From NCBI GenBank assembly GCA_030390025.1, contig CM059428.1, positions 68,820,001 to 68,884,000 of the forward strand: 64,000 bases of DNA, read 5' to 3'. The number at the start of each line of letters is the position of its first letter. Position 1 is the stretch's first letter. A program made the position numbers and the translations under genes. This document shows, piece after piece, positions 1 through 11,935 of this stretch. The notes under the pieces are model-generated. The model searched no databases, was not told where the DNA came from, and saw only the letters and a list, made by a program, of their open reading frames with translations. The DNA comes from Squalus acanthias (Eukaryota).

Positions 1-349
1 TGGGGGTCATATGGCGCACTGGTTGCCAAGGAATGCATCGAGTTTGCATATCCTCCTGCAGCTGATGGTGGGATGGGGCTTCTGCAGGGCGACTGTCCTC
101 CAGAGGAAGTTAGCATGCCTTTTGCTTTCTGATCCTTTTTGTATTTCATTCTACGATTCTGGAACCAGATTTTAATCTGTCTTTCAGTGAGGTTTAACAG
201 GTTGGCCATTTCGACCCTCCGGGGCCTGCAAAGGTAGCGGTTAAAATGAAACTCCTTCTCCAGTTCCACGAGCTGGGCACTGGTGTATGCTGTGCGTGCC
301 CTCTTGGAGGCTGGACCAGGAGGACTTTTTTCACCAGCAGAACTTTCAA
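1..349 (-). CDS. HOXA3: HoxA3 homeobox exon, truncated at the window start
   Basis: Acceptor ttacag at 351-350. Phase-1 join reads (V)[74 protein letters not shown], a paralogue-group-3 homeodomain. Not in the ORF track because it lacks a start codon and runs off the edge. Confidence 0.97.
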
Positions 350-1646
350 CTGTAAATAATGAAAACAACGATTAATCTATTTATAGGCATTATAGATGTT
401 GAAAATATAACATATCTATATATATAAAATTATCTCTGTGACCTATTCTAATATATTCTCAAGAAGTTACGTTGACATATTAGCCCCTATTATTAAAACC
501 TTAATGGCTCATTCTCCACCCCTCAAAAAAATACTCAATCTTTACTCCTTTACTGAATTATTATACTTAGTAATAGAGGCATAACCATACATAAACCATC
601 ATCGAGTATCTCATTATTTAATATTAAAATCTAATAATGTACATTTGATAAAGCTAAGTAGTCTTTTATTAAAATGCACCATTGAAAATAAATCTGAAAC
701 TACACTTTAAATTACATTGTTTAAAAGTTATCGCGCCTTATTTTTATAAGCACATTTCCAATCAAAATGTTTTGAACCGGTAATGCCGAAACGGTGTGCG
801 AATTTGACCCAAGTTGTAATCAGTAGAACAGCCTTTTAAAAACCACGATGCGTGCCAATAACATTGAATTACCTACAGATAGACATATCTAATCATAATG
901 TTTGGGTATTACTTATAAATGTAAACCGATTTCTTGCTACCGGAGCCATTTTACATACAAATACAAACAAACCCCTTTGCAGTGCCCTTCCCCCATTCCA
1001 AGAATTACACTTGTTCATGTCACAATGGTATCAAACACGATGAGAAAGATCGTTTTCCAGCTATTGAGTGATAGCTAAGAAAACATTTGGCTCGAGATAT
1101 TTTATTATATGTTAAATACAAGTAACGATCATTCAAATCCACTCATCGTGATTTTGAGTTACGTTACCATCTGCTCTTATGGTTTATAGATAATTTATCA
1201 AAGCTCTTTATAAACATAGCTCTCTCTTTCTCTGTCAATACAAGTATATGTTTGTGTATTTGCCGTTGCAGCCACATATGCAAATCTGATATCTAAATAT
1301 TATCAAATCATTTTGACTAGTACAAGCAGTTCAGTTGCCTGCAAATCTGGTTATCACTAGTTAATATTTTATTTTCATCAATTAGAATTGCGTGCATGCA
1401 TATATTTCCATATTTGCACACGAACAATAGACAGTACAAGTCCAACCATATATACACTGGTCATTAAAACTGAAAATTAGGTGAAGAATATGCAGTTCAT
1501 CTCCCAAAACCTGGGCCTTTAAGATATGGTTAACTATCCATAGGTAGAGTATAGGCACATTATTGAAGATTTATATATGTATGTTATATAAATATGTATT
1601 ATATCTTATTATTAATTTAGGTAATTTAGGTATAATTTAGGTAAAT

Positions 1647-1808
1647 NNNNNNNNNNNNNNNNNNNNNNNNNNNNNNNNNNNNNNNNNNNNNNNNNNNNNN
1701 NNNNNNNNNNNNNNNNNNNNNNNNNNNNNNNNNNNNNNNNNNNNNNNNNNNNNNNNNNNNNNNNNNNNNNNNNNNNNNNNNNNNNNNNNNNNNNNNNNNN
1801 NNNNNNNN
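1647..1808. other. Assembly gap (N run) in the HoxA3 intron
   Basis: 162 N characters, flanked by a short taatttagg tandem and a GA-rich tract. Confidence 0.99.
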
Positions 1809-1934
1809 GAGAGAGGGAGAGGGGGAAAGAGATGGGAAATGGGGAGAGAGGGAGAGGGGAGAGAGAGGGAGAGAGATGGGAGATAGCGAGAGAGCGAGAG
1901 AGAGGGGAGAGAGAAAGAGGGAGAGAGGGGGAGA
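1809..1934 (+). repeat. GA-rich low-complexity/purine microsatellite
   Basis: Almost pure G/A tract next to the gap; it explains the spurious L/S/P-rich ORFs. Confidence 0.9.
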
Positions 1935-2221
1935 TGCACTCTCTCAACTGTTTCCAGATAATATATATTTAAATTGCCTAACCTACATTTAGGAAATATT
2001 AGTGCTTATGTTTATAGATTACTTGCCTAATCACTGTTTGATAATGACCCCTACATTATTTTTAGGACAGGGTTGCTCAACTTTTGAAATTATTCAGTTG
2101 TTCGTATATTATAGAGATGAGGGCGATCACTATGCAGTTCCAATAGTTCATTAGCAACTTTACCCACTGTAGCAATGACATATCGATTGATAATCAAAAG
2201 GTAAGACAGGACGCCATATAC

Positions 2222-2690
2222 CTGAACTGGAACTGCTGGTTTTTTGCTTGGCGTTTTGACGCGACTCTTTCATCCAGGGGAATATTTGTTTACTAATGGT
2301 GGTTTGTGAGGTAAGAGTGGGGTTTTTGCTTGTGCTGGACTGGGTCGAGTTGCTGCTGGTATTTTGGGGTGGTGAGACAGACGGTGGTGGTGGAGGTGGT
2401 GGAGGTGGAGGTGGTGGCTGCTTCTGTTGCTGTTGCTCTGCAATAACTGGGTGGTGGCTCGGTTGGCTGGCACTGGTTCGCATGCAACTTTCATTGATAT
2501 CGTTGGGTTTGTGATGGGAGACAGTGCTAGCAGGTGATTGCAGAGAGCAGGCGGGTCGATGATAGTCGCTTTCCACGTGGGACGAAGGCGGATATTGCTG
2601 CTGACTGGCATTGTAGTTAAAACCATTTGCTCCTTGGTATGTGTAACCACCGAAAATTGCAGAGCTGTCGTAGTATGTCGCTTTTTGCAT
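2222..2690 (-). CDS. HOXA3: HoxA3 first coding exon
   Basis: ATG at 2690 gives [16 protein letters not shown]..., with hexapeptide IFPWMK and donor TCAG|gtatat at 2221. The 469 nt are in phase with exon 2. A splice acceptor (ttcttctaaccccag) just above 2806 implies upstream non-coding exons. Confidence 0.96.
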
Positions 2691-5600
2691 CTCGTTGTTT
2701 CCCAATATTTATTTCGCAAACTGACAGGGTCTTGACACCCTTATAGAATAACATTGGCACCCTGTGTCACGTGACTCTCTTCTTCCAATGGCCTCTTCGG
2801 GTAGATCTGGGGTTAGAAGAAACAAAACCATAATGGCGAAATGGTACAAATCCATCTTACTCTCAATAGCAACTGACATGAAAAGGCATAAAAAAAAGTG
2901 TGCAGCAATATTTGGTCACACAGCTTAGCCCTGGGCAATCTGAGTATAACAGCTGTTTAAAACTGATTCTCAGCGGTAAATGCTCAGTGTGGCTGAGCAG
3001 CAAACGATCGGTAGCTGCAGATTCCAGCTTTTTATTTTATTTTGTCTCATCGGGGAAATACAATACTACATAAGGGCTCACGTGAGATGGATTTCGGTAG
3101 GTTAAACTAGGAGCAGCCTTCTTCTTGGGTAGTTGAAAAGAAGAACCACGATACGTTTATATAAAAACAATTTTCAAACGGAATGTTATAGTTTTGCGAT
3201 CTCTGTACATCTGTGGAAACCGGACTCAATTGTAAATATGTGATTCGTTAGTTACATCTCAAGCAGATCTAATGAGATGAAATTCAAATGATGCAATCAC
3301 TGTGACAAGTTAATGATTTGTTAAAAAGTGAAACCGAATGAAACCAAATTTAGCAGCTAAAACTTTCTGCAAAGAAAACCAAAACAAAAGCAAAATCTAA
3401 TTTATGTATGGGTTTATTTTAATGTTATATTCAAATCATAACTAGCAGGTTAATTGCGGCACCGTGTGAAAACGCTATCATTTAAATATCATTTAAAAAT
3501 ATTGGCAGATTTTGCCGCTGACTGTTTAGTAGTGTTAGCTCGTATTTGTGCATTCCTCTCATGTAACAGGCACCACTGGTATTGTAATAAAGATGTTTCT
3601 TTGGAAAAGAGTGTTAAAATACTGTTCTCGTCATTCTCAACCCCGAAACGTGGAACAAACATTCAGTATGTGCCCTAAGTGGACATTAAGTGCTGTGTTT
3701 GATATCATTGCATTTTAACTAGTGTTTGTTTTGGCTCTCCAGATTTATACAGACTGGCGGGTAGAAATGTCTTGCTTTTTGTTGGTTCCACTTTTAACAG
3801 GTCACCATTTGGTCTGGCGGAAATTTCCAAGGGTTCCTTTTACTGCTTGAATTCTACCTGCTAAAAGCATGATGGATCGGAAAGCACCAGGAACCTGAAA
3901 AACTGGCGTTCTTCTTCATGACCACGGTGTGAACTTTTCTTCCAACCAAACGATAATAGGCTCTGTCTCTGAAACTGCTCGTAATTTGATGTATGGGGGT
4001 CACTGGGCCGGGGGAAGAGTTGGGAGCCCAGCCCACATAAAGCGCCTGCATCATGAGAAACCGGCAGTAAACATAGCACTATTCTATTCAAGTGTTTCAG
4101 TTAATTATCATCTTCCTGAAAATCCAATAATCCTTATATCTTAGTTAAAGAATAATTTTAAACTGCATCTCGCATGGAATAAAAATCAATTGAAAGGACA
4201 ACATCGAATTATTTTCGGTTCGGATATACAAAGCTCATTCTGGGCCTGCAGATCTTTTTTTAATCTACAAAAAATATTCGGATATTTTGTCACAAACGCG
4301 CACTTTCTGTAGTTTAAGATATCTATAGATCGGTTATTATGAAGAGATTTTTTTTATTTTGAAAACCTAGTCGAGCAAACCATTGTTTGCTAGGCCTTTC
4401 TTTGCCCCAGTCACACTAATACAAAGGAAAATACACTTTTAAAGCGAGCCCTTCCATTTTGTGGGACTGCTAAGAAAATAGATCAAGCTTCTGGTAAACA
4501 AAGCTTTACTGCTCATTTTAAACCTGATTGTTTCAAAATGTTTTCTGTGTGTTTCGTACAATTTTGTTGACCGGCCAAATGTACTGCATTGTCCTTTTCT
4601 AATCTTGTACATTCTTAGGCTTCTGTAAAACATACTTTGCAACATCCCATTGAATATGACCTGAACTTCAAGGCTGCTGTAATTTTTTTTAGAGCTGTAA
4701 GCGAAAGCGAAGCTGCTAAGGTCAGCAAAGGAGGACAGAGTTGTGCTAAGTACAGGTTTTAAATAACATTTTTGTGTGTTTCTGAAACTGGACGCTCCAA
4801 GCAACAAAACATGCTTTTGAAAGATAATTGTAACGTCCTGCCCTTAGAATCTGCCATTGTTGTTGTTCGCAGCACTTAAAGTTCCCGAAGCATTTTCTAA
4901 AGCTGAAATCGTTAAATAATGAGTGATGCACAGCAAACTGTCCAGTGCTGCGCCTGAAACCACAGGCCCTTGGATAAGTTTAAGGAGCTGGTTACCACCA
5001 TAGGCGACAGTAACATAAAAGTTATTGAATTATTGGGTTTGACTGTTAAGGAGTTGTCAATAATTTGCATTGTTTCGAGTTATTCTTGCTATATTATCAA
5101 AACTTGTTCTCAAGCAAGCAGAAATAAACTATTAGGAAAACGCTGTGTTTTACTCCTTCCATTATGAAAAATAATTATTGGAAATCGTTGATAATCGGAG
5201 CTCACACATCAAAATCTTCATTTGGTTTCTCAGATCTGCGTGCTGTCCGCCATTTTTCTTTCAACAACAAATACAACCTCACTCACCTGTGTAACGCTCT
5301 GCGTCTAATTCTACGCCATTACACTCAGTAACCCTTCAGTATTTTGTAAACCAATTTCTTCAATTTTCCTAATCTTTTAAAAAAAATACACCTTGGAGTG
5401 CTATTCTTTCTCATTCTGTTCATATGTTTTAGTACAAAGATGGTTTGTGACTGGAAACTGAGACAGTGTACAGATAATACAGAAGCTGTTTTATTCTTAC
5501 ATAAATATATATATTTTTACTGCTAATCGGACAGCACAGCAGAAGAAAAATGTTATCTATTGGAGTGAAATATGGACTCATGACTAACAAACTTTCCTCC

Positions 5601-5993
5601 ACGTTAGATATTTGTTAAATTAATGCCAATTTTTTCCAACTAATGATACAGATAAGCCCAGGCGTAATTGCATGTTTGCAAATAAATTGCCACCATAAAC
5701 AACCTTCCGCGTTCCCTCTAACATCTCTAAATGTAAGAAAGGTAGAAAAAGTTGAAAAAGAAAGCACTGGAACCCAGATTCCATCAAGAGCAACAGTGTT
5801 TCTTAGTTCATGTGTATAGATTTGCCTTAGGCGGCATTATAGGCAACAATAAATTCACAAAACTTGGAAAATGTAGAGGAAAATATCTCAAAGAAACCGA
5901 TCAACGGCGAAGGAGAAGCAGAAAATAGAAATAAAAGACTTGAATTCGAAGCCTACGGGTATCAGTCACGATGTGAAAGGAAGCTATAGCATG

Positions 5994-6010
5994 TGAACTC
6001 TTCTTGAACC
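5994..6010 (-). promoter_or_regulatory. DR5 retinoic acid response element upstream of HoxA3
   Basis: Minus strand GGTTCA-AGAAG-AGTTCA is a perfect DR5 in the Hox3/Hox4 interval, where such RAREs are conserved. A Hox/Pbx site TGATTTATGA lies beside it at 6029-6038. Confidence 0.88.
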
Positions 6011-7009
6011 GAGATTTAAGTCATATGGTCATAAATCACTGGGACATAAACTCCGCCATTCACGAGTGATAGCCTATTTGTGTCCAGCTTACCTTAGCCT
6101 CTGACGATAGACGCAGACCACGGCACAATATTTTCAGAATCACCGGGGAAATCGATAAGCAGGAGTTTCAAAACTTCCAAATTAAGTAGAATGAAGGTAA
6201 ACAGTTACTCTTATGCGCTGAAATTCACTCGTTGGCGACAACGGCAAATGGGGAAAGGAAAATGGTAGAGCTGCAAAGAACTGGAGAGAAGGCTCTAGCT
6301 TTTCGATAGACAGCCCTGTGATTATGGTAGCGCGCCCTGGTCAGGGAGATAAGACTACTATCAGCTTTCCTGGCTGCTCTTATCTAATACCAAAGAAATG
6401 GGGTATGTTTCTTATGAATATTGAATGCTAAAAGCGCGGATTTTAAGATTGCTGTCTGGGAGTACTGAACAGACAGGCTGGGTAAACTCCCCCGAAACAT
6501 AGCGTCACAAGTGAAAAATTATGCAAATTAACCAACGCGGAGGACACAAGCGCTTGGGTTTGGCAATCATTGAATCTCTGCAATCATAACTTGAACCGAA
6601 CTCGGCCCATTTCAATCAACTCACATTTTAATAATTATTATATTAAAATTATATAAAGGTAAACATTCTTTAAACATGCTTTTAATCTTCCGCGTTAAAA
6701 GTACTGCCTTAACTTTTATTAACTCCTTGTTGCAAAGAAAGGCCTTTGTTTGAAGTACAGCATGAGAATAGTTCGGAGGAAATATGGCACAAGGGTGAAA
6801 TTACAGCCGGTTTCAAACAGGTTCAATTGGTTCTAAAGCAGAGCCAATTTCTTAGTATTCAGGGAACTAAAGGTGTTAAAGATGCTGAAGTAAAAGTGTT
6901 TCAGGCACAGGAGTGAAAAGTTACACTTCAGAAGAAAAACCGAGGCTGAAAGGCGAGGAGTGAAAGAGTATATGAGCTATAGTCACCCCTTATGCATACC
7001 AATGCTTCT

Positions 7010-7270
7010 GTCGTTTATGGCTACGTAAGATTTATGACTTCATGCACTCAGGCTGTAAACAGAGCACTAAAGAGAAAACACTTGCTCCTATCGCTTATTG
7101 CGATGCAACTACATGAAAGGGGAAGCCAAGCAGCGTAGGAGGGAAGATAGGGGCAAAAATTCACTCGTATGCAACTTTTCAAGTAAGCCGCTCAATGTTC
7201 TATCTGTAGTGAAGTACTTTATTGTCAATGATCAGCCCGTACACTTTTCTTAAAGTGCTGACTCCAACTT
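7010..7270 (-). promoter_or_regulatory. HoxA3 rhombomere 5/6-type enhancer (MafB/kreisler + Hox/Pbx + Meis/Prep)
   Basis: Hox/Pbx-like AGATTTATGA (7028-7037) and TGATCATTGA (minus, 7225-7234), Meis/Prep-like TGACAA (minus, 7222-7227), and Maf half-site GTCAGCA with AT-rich flank (minus, 7256-7262). The motif set matches the described Hoxa3 r5/r6 enhancer. Confidence 0.7.
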
Positions 7271-10200
7271 TTTCTCTTTCTCTTGAGGTCGTAGGAAGAT
7301 GGCATAAAAGTAACGCCAACGGGTGCTGGATTTTTAAAAAAACTTTCTATAACTTAGTTTGGCTCAGTGGGTTTCAGTTAAGAAGCGGCTGGATAGAAAT
7401 TGAAAGCGCCCGGTTTATGTCAGCGCGCCTTCTAAAATCATCGCCAGGTCGTTGGGTGCAGCGAACTAAAATACTGGATAAGAAATGTTTTACGCCTTCG
7501 TGATTGACGACTCTCCCTGCAGCTAGTTGCTAAGTTTTACAAAGAGAAAGTAAACGAAGAGAGAGAGAGAGAGGGCGAGAACGTTTGGCTTAATCTAAGC
7601 GATAGATCCCACTGCTTTTTTACAAGGTGTTGATATTTTATTGCAGCAGTCATAACTTCCATTTCTAAGATAGCTTGCTCGAAATTCGAAGACCATAACC
7701 AAAAGTTTACATTTCCGCCAGCCATCTTTAATACTTAACTAATGTTATCTGCAATGAATTCGCATCCATTTTACGACCTATAATGTATGATTTATGTAAC
7801 TTCCTCTATAGTTAATATATTTGTGTTTATTTATCGGACTATTCTAAAACCCACTTGTGATTTAAATTGTAATAGCCTATTGTGGTTCTTTTATTAGATG
7901 CTCAGCATCGCCCACCGACTGCACTGGGGCTAATAAATATGACACTTTGCAATGATTGCATTTCGAGCTTTTAACGACCATATGTATTTTTAAAAATCAT
8001 AATAGTTCAGAAAACTCACCGAAAGTTTGTTCAGTCTCACTGAAAAGCCTCTGGTCGTAGAATTGTTATTTAGGATAAAGTCTGGAACGGAAACGAGAAA
8101 CCATTAATTTCCACGGAGTAAAAGAAAAGGCGCCGGAGAACTGAGATCCTTGTTTTAAGTACATCGACTAATTCTACATGGATTATTAACGGACAGAAAC
8201 CAACCTAACATCTTCAATCAATTATACACATATTATAACATTCCAATAAATGAGAAAATACTCTCTGAACTACGTTAGGATTTTTGTTGAATATTGAACG
8301 AAATCTTGCAAGCTAAGGATTTATCATATAAAACCTTGTAGATTTTCTGTGCGCCATAGCTAATAAGGTACTTTGTGTAAGTATCTTTTTCAAATGCATC
8401 TGCACTAATCCAATTCTCATTTGCTCTCAAACACTGTAAAACAATTGTATTATTTATGTGTGTTTCAGCCTTGTCAAATTTGCGCCAAGACTTGATAATA
8501 AATCAGAAAGAAACAGTGACGTGTAACCGAACTGCAATTAATTTTTTTAATGTATTTACCAAAAATCTTTGCCCAGTTTTTGCATTTAACGTTGGGAGGG
8601 TGGGGGTGGGGGGGAGAGACTAAAAACTGCAGATGTAATGCAAGATTTTAAATAGAGGAAAAATCGAGCCTTCAAAGTCCAATGGGACAAAAAATAACAA
8701 CAATGTTTAAAGTACGGGCATGATGCATTTTGCGACAAAATAGTTTGCAAAGTAGTGATATCCTCCAATAAATATATTTTGTTCATATACATGTAGCGTA
8801 GGACTGAATATATCGCAGAAATTAACTTAGCTTATTTACAATAATCCCCCCCCCCCCCCCCAACCCCTCCACACACACACATATTTAGCTTTATTTTACG
8901 CGATTGGTAGAATTACGGTAGGGTACTGATCTGGCTATCAATAATTGCCAATGTGATTTGTCATATATAAAAAGAAGTAAAACATTCGTTAAAGCAGATT
9001 GCACTGGCACGGCTGTCCCAGCATACCGAAAACATAAATCAAATCGCAACACTCTGACCTTTCCTGAGCAGGACTCAGTGGTGGGTGCAATTTTATATAA
9101 CATTTGCACCCCCAGCATAACATAACCAGTCTTTTCCTGCCTTTTATTCATCGCGCATGTATTCTTTTTTTAAAATGGCAGTATTGGTTTAGGTTCTATC
9201 ACCTTTTAATTTATTTCGTTAAATTCTCCAGGCAATCAATATTCCAACGCAATGATGGCCTGCTAGTAAATAATCCCCCGATTCAACCTGCTTTATGTCT
9301 TGCATTAATCAAATACTACCACTGTGAAGATGAACAAATATGGACAATTTTTAGACAACAATGATTTTTTAAAAATCAACCATTGAAGAACTGTCTTAAT
9401 CTTTTTTTCATAAAATCACTGTACGTCATATATAGAAACATAGAATTTAATGCCCATCCATTAAGCGATGTGTTTCATTGAGAGTTCAGCATCGCACACA
9501 TAGTAACGAAAAACCTAATAACCTAATTCCAGAGACAGCACAATTCACAAACTAGCTGACTGGATTTCTAAAATGGACGAAGAACCTTTCATTGGAGCAC
9601 ATTATATAATGAATAAAATGTCAGAATAGGTAAATGTATATTTATGCCCATGTGATATAATAATCATTTTTATTATCGGCTATTGCAACCAGATATATTG
9701 GCGTCGAATTTTATGTGATAAACATGCGATGTTTTGTTTGTACATAATCGGCAGAGAGCGGCCATTGACAGGATTTCAATATTCGATTGTTCGTGTTTTA
9801 AGGAACAACACATGCATGTGATCCGCACAGTATTCTACAAAATAACTTATTTTGTATTTACCATATGGAGAGAAATATTATTGGAAATGGATTATGTGCC
9901 GAAGCAAGCAGAAAAAAAGGAAACTAAGCGTGTTCTGGCACAATCTGACACCCGTAAGCCTTTCCACTGACCTTTGCCTTGAACAGCAATAACTCACCAT
10001 ATTAATGAACAATCAACGGAAGCATTTGAAATACCTCAAAATAAAATCCATTCCGCTAAATGCAGCATCTCTCCCTGCTCGCATATATTCCTTCATGTGA
10101 AATCCAGCGCCCAGAGTGCAATCTCTTTAGAAGAAAATAGCTGGCTCTTAACAGAAAGTGGAAAAGCGTAATCACAGCCGAAGCCAGCATAGGTCTCCGA

Positions 10201-11871
10201 TCCAAATGCCACAATAATGCGCTGTATTATGTGCTCACGTGGTCATACGTCAACTTAAATCCTTTTATTTGAATTTGGGAGATAATTAAAGGAACACTTT
10301 TTTCAAGCAAACCCTAACTTTTTACCCAACAAAACCTAAGAAGTTTCTTAAGCAGAGTTTTGTTGGTGTTGCAGAAGGTTGTTCCGCGATAATTCTTTGC
10401 AGGAAATCCACGATAAGGTAAGTTGTGTTGTCTGTATCTCATAGTGTGAAAGACCTCTATCCGGAGCCTGTCGACTGAACAACTTGGAACAGATGAATAG
10501 CTGTTTGTAACGCATTAAAACCAGGAACGGGAGTTTAAATCGATCTATGAAGAAGGGAGCGCCTCACATTTTCGACCAAAACAGTCAGACAAGCAGGGAA
10601 GCCCCACAGTGGTTAAGCTTCCACGCGAATCTCCCTTTTCAGAGCGTGCTTTTTAGAGCGCTATTGTACTGGGCTTGCTTAACACCCACACGTTACACCA
10701 TGCTAGTTATGGAAACTAGAAAAGGTTTATAATTACCTGACAAAGGCAAAGCAGTGTCACAGAAAGCTTAGGTGATTTTAGTCAGTGTAACGCAGGATGA
10801 GGAGTGGACTTGACAGCGATGTGATGATTCTGATTTTTTTTCCAGTGGAATGGTAAATCGTGTCTGTAGGGACCCTCATGCAAAATGTGTGCTTACACGT
10901 TTTCTGCCAATTGAGTGATGCACGGAATTTCTTGTGGTAGAAAGTGCAAAATAGGTTCAATGTAATATATGTTAATAGTGATGCGGAACCATTGATGAGA
11001 AATTGGCCAGTGTGTATTAATGAAATAGAATTGAAATCACTGGGTCACAGGGTTGTTTCTCTACGGGATGTACGTTACTTTAGTGCAACACGTATTGAAA
11101 GTTTGGGGGCATAGCGAAAGTATGTAAGAGAAAATATCAATACACCTACTATTTCCATATGACTGAAGTTGTTAAAATACATTCCATGTAAGAGAATAGT
11201 AATTAATTTGCCTCTATTCTAAGCACGTAAGTTCTTTAATTTAAATTTAATTATAAAACGCCCCTTCCTCTTGTAAATTCTGTCCTGAACTGTCCCTTCA
11301 TCCTGTTTTACATTCTTGCGCCCCTTCCACTTCCACCCTCGCTTCCTTCTACTTATTGTCATTTTTATTTCTTGAACGTCCCTAAGAGTCGTTATATAAA
11401 TATTCACTACAATCTATTTTAAATCTACACACGTTTTCTTAAAACACTATTCTGACATGTAAGCATTGTTTAGTGCCACAAATGATCGAAAGTTGCTTGA
11501 CATGTCCCACTCTACAGTTTTAGAAAAACTCACATACATCAAAAGTTTTCAGCTGGACAGCTAAGTATAGCCGGTAATGAATTGAGTTAAAATATAATCA
11601 TTACAGTAACTTCAAATGTCAGGGTACAAAAGTAAGGCGAGTTTATTGGCCTTTCAATGTCAGCAAACTTTAGACGCACTCCATATTCTTTACTCTGAAC
11701 AAATCCGTGCAATCGTCTTACAAAGGCCACAGTTAAACTTTCAACACAGAGTCAAATATTAATGAATCATTGATGAACGCCACGAATTGAAGTTCGACAA
11801 TTTGACGCTGAAACTATTAAATGCACACACATACATAAATATATGTACATAAATATAAGTACACACATATC

Positions 11872-11935
<64 letters not shown>
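11872..11935 (+). repeat. (GATA)16 microsatellite
   Basis: Perfect tetranucleotide repeat seen directly. Confidence 0.97.

Noticed and set aside
1612-1947. L/S/P-rich ORFs spanning the N gap
   Set aside because: Artefacts of the GA tract and the assembly gap.
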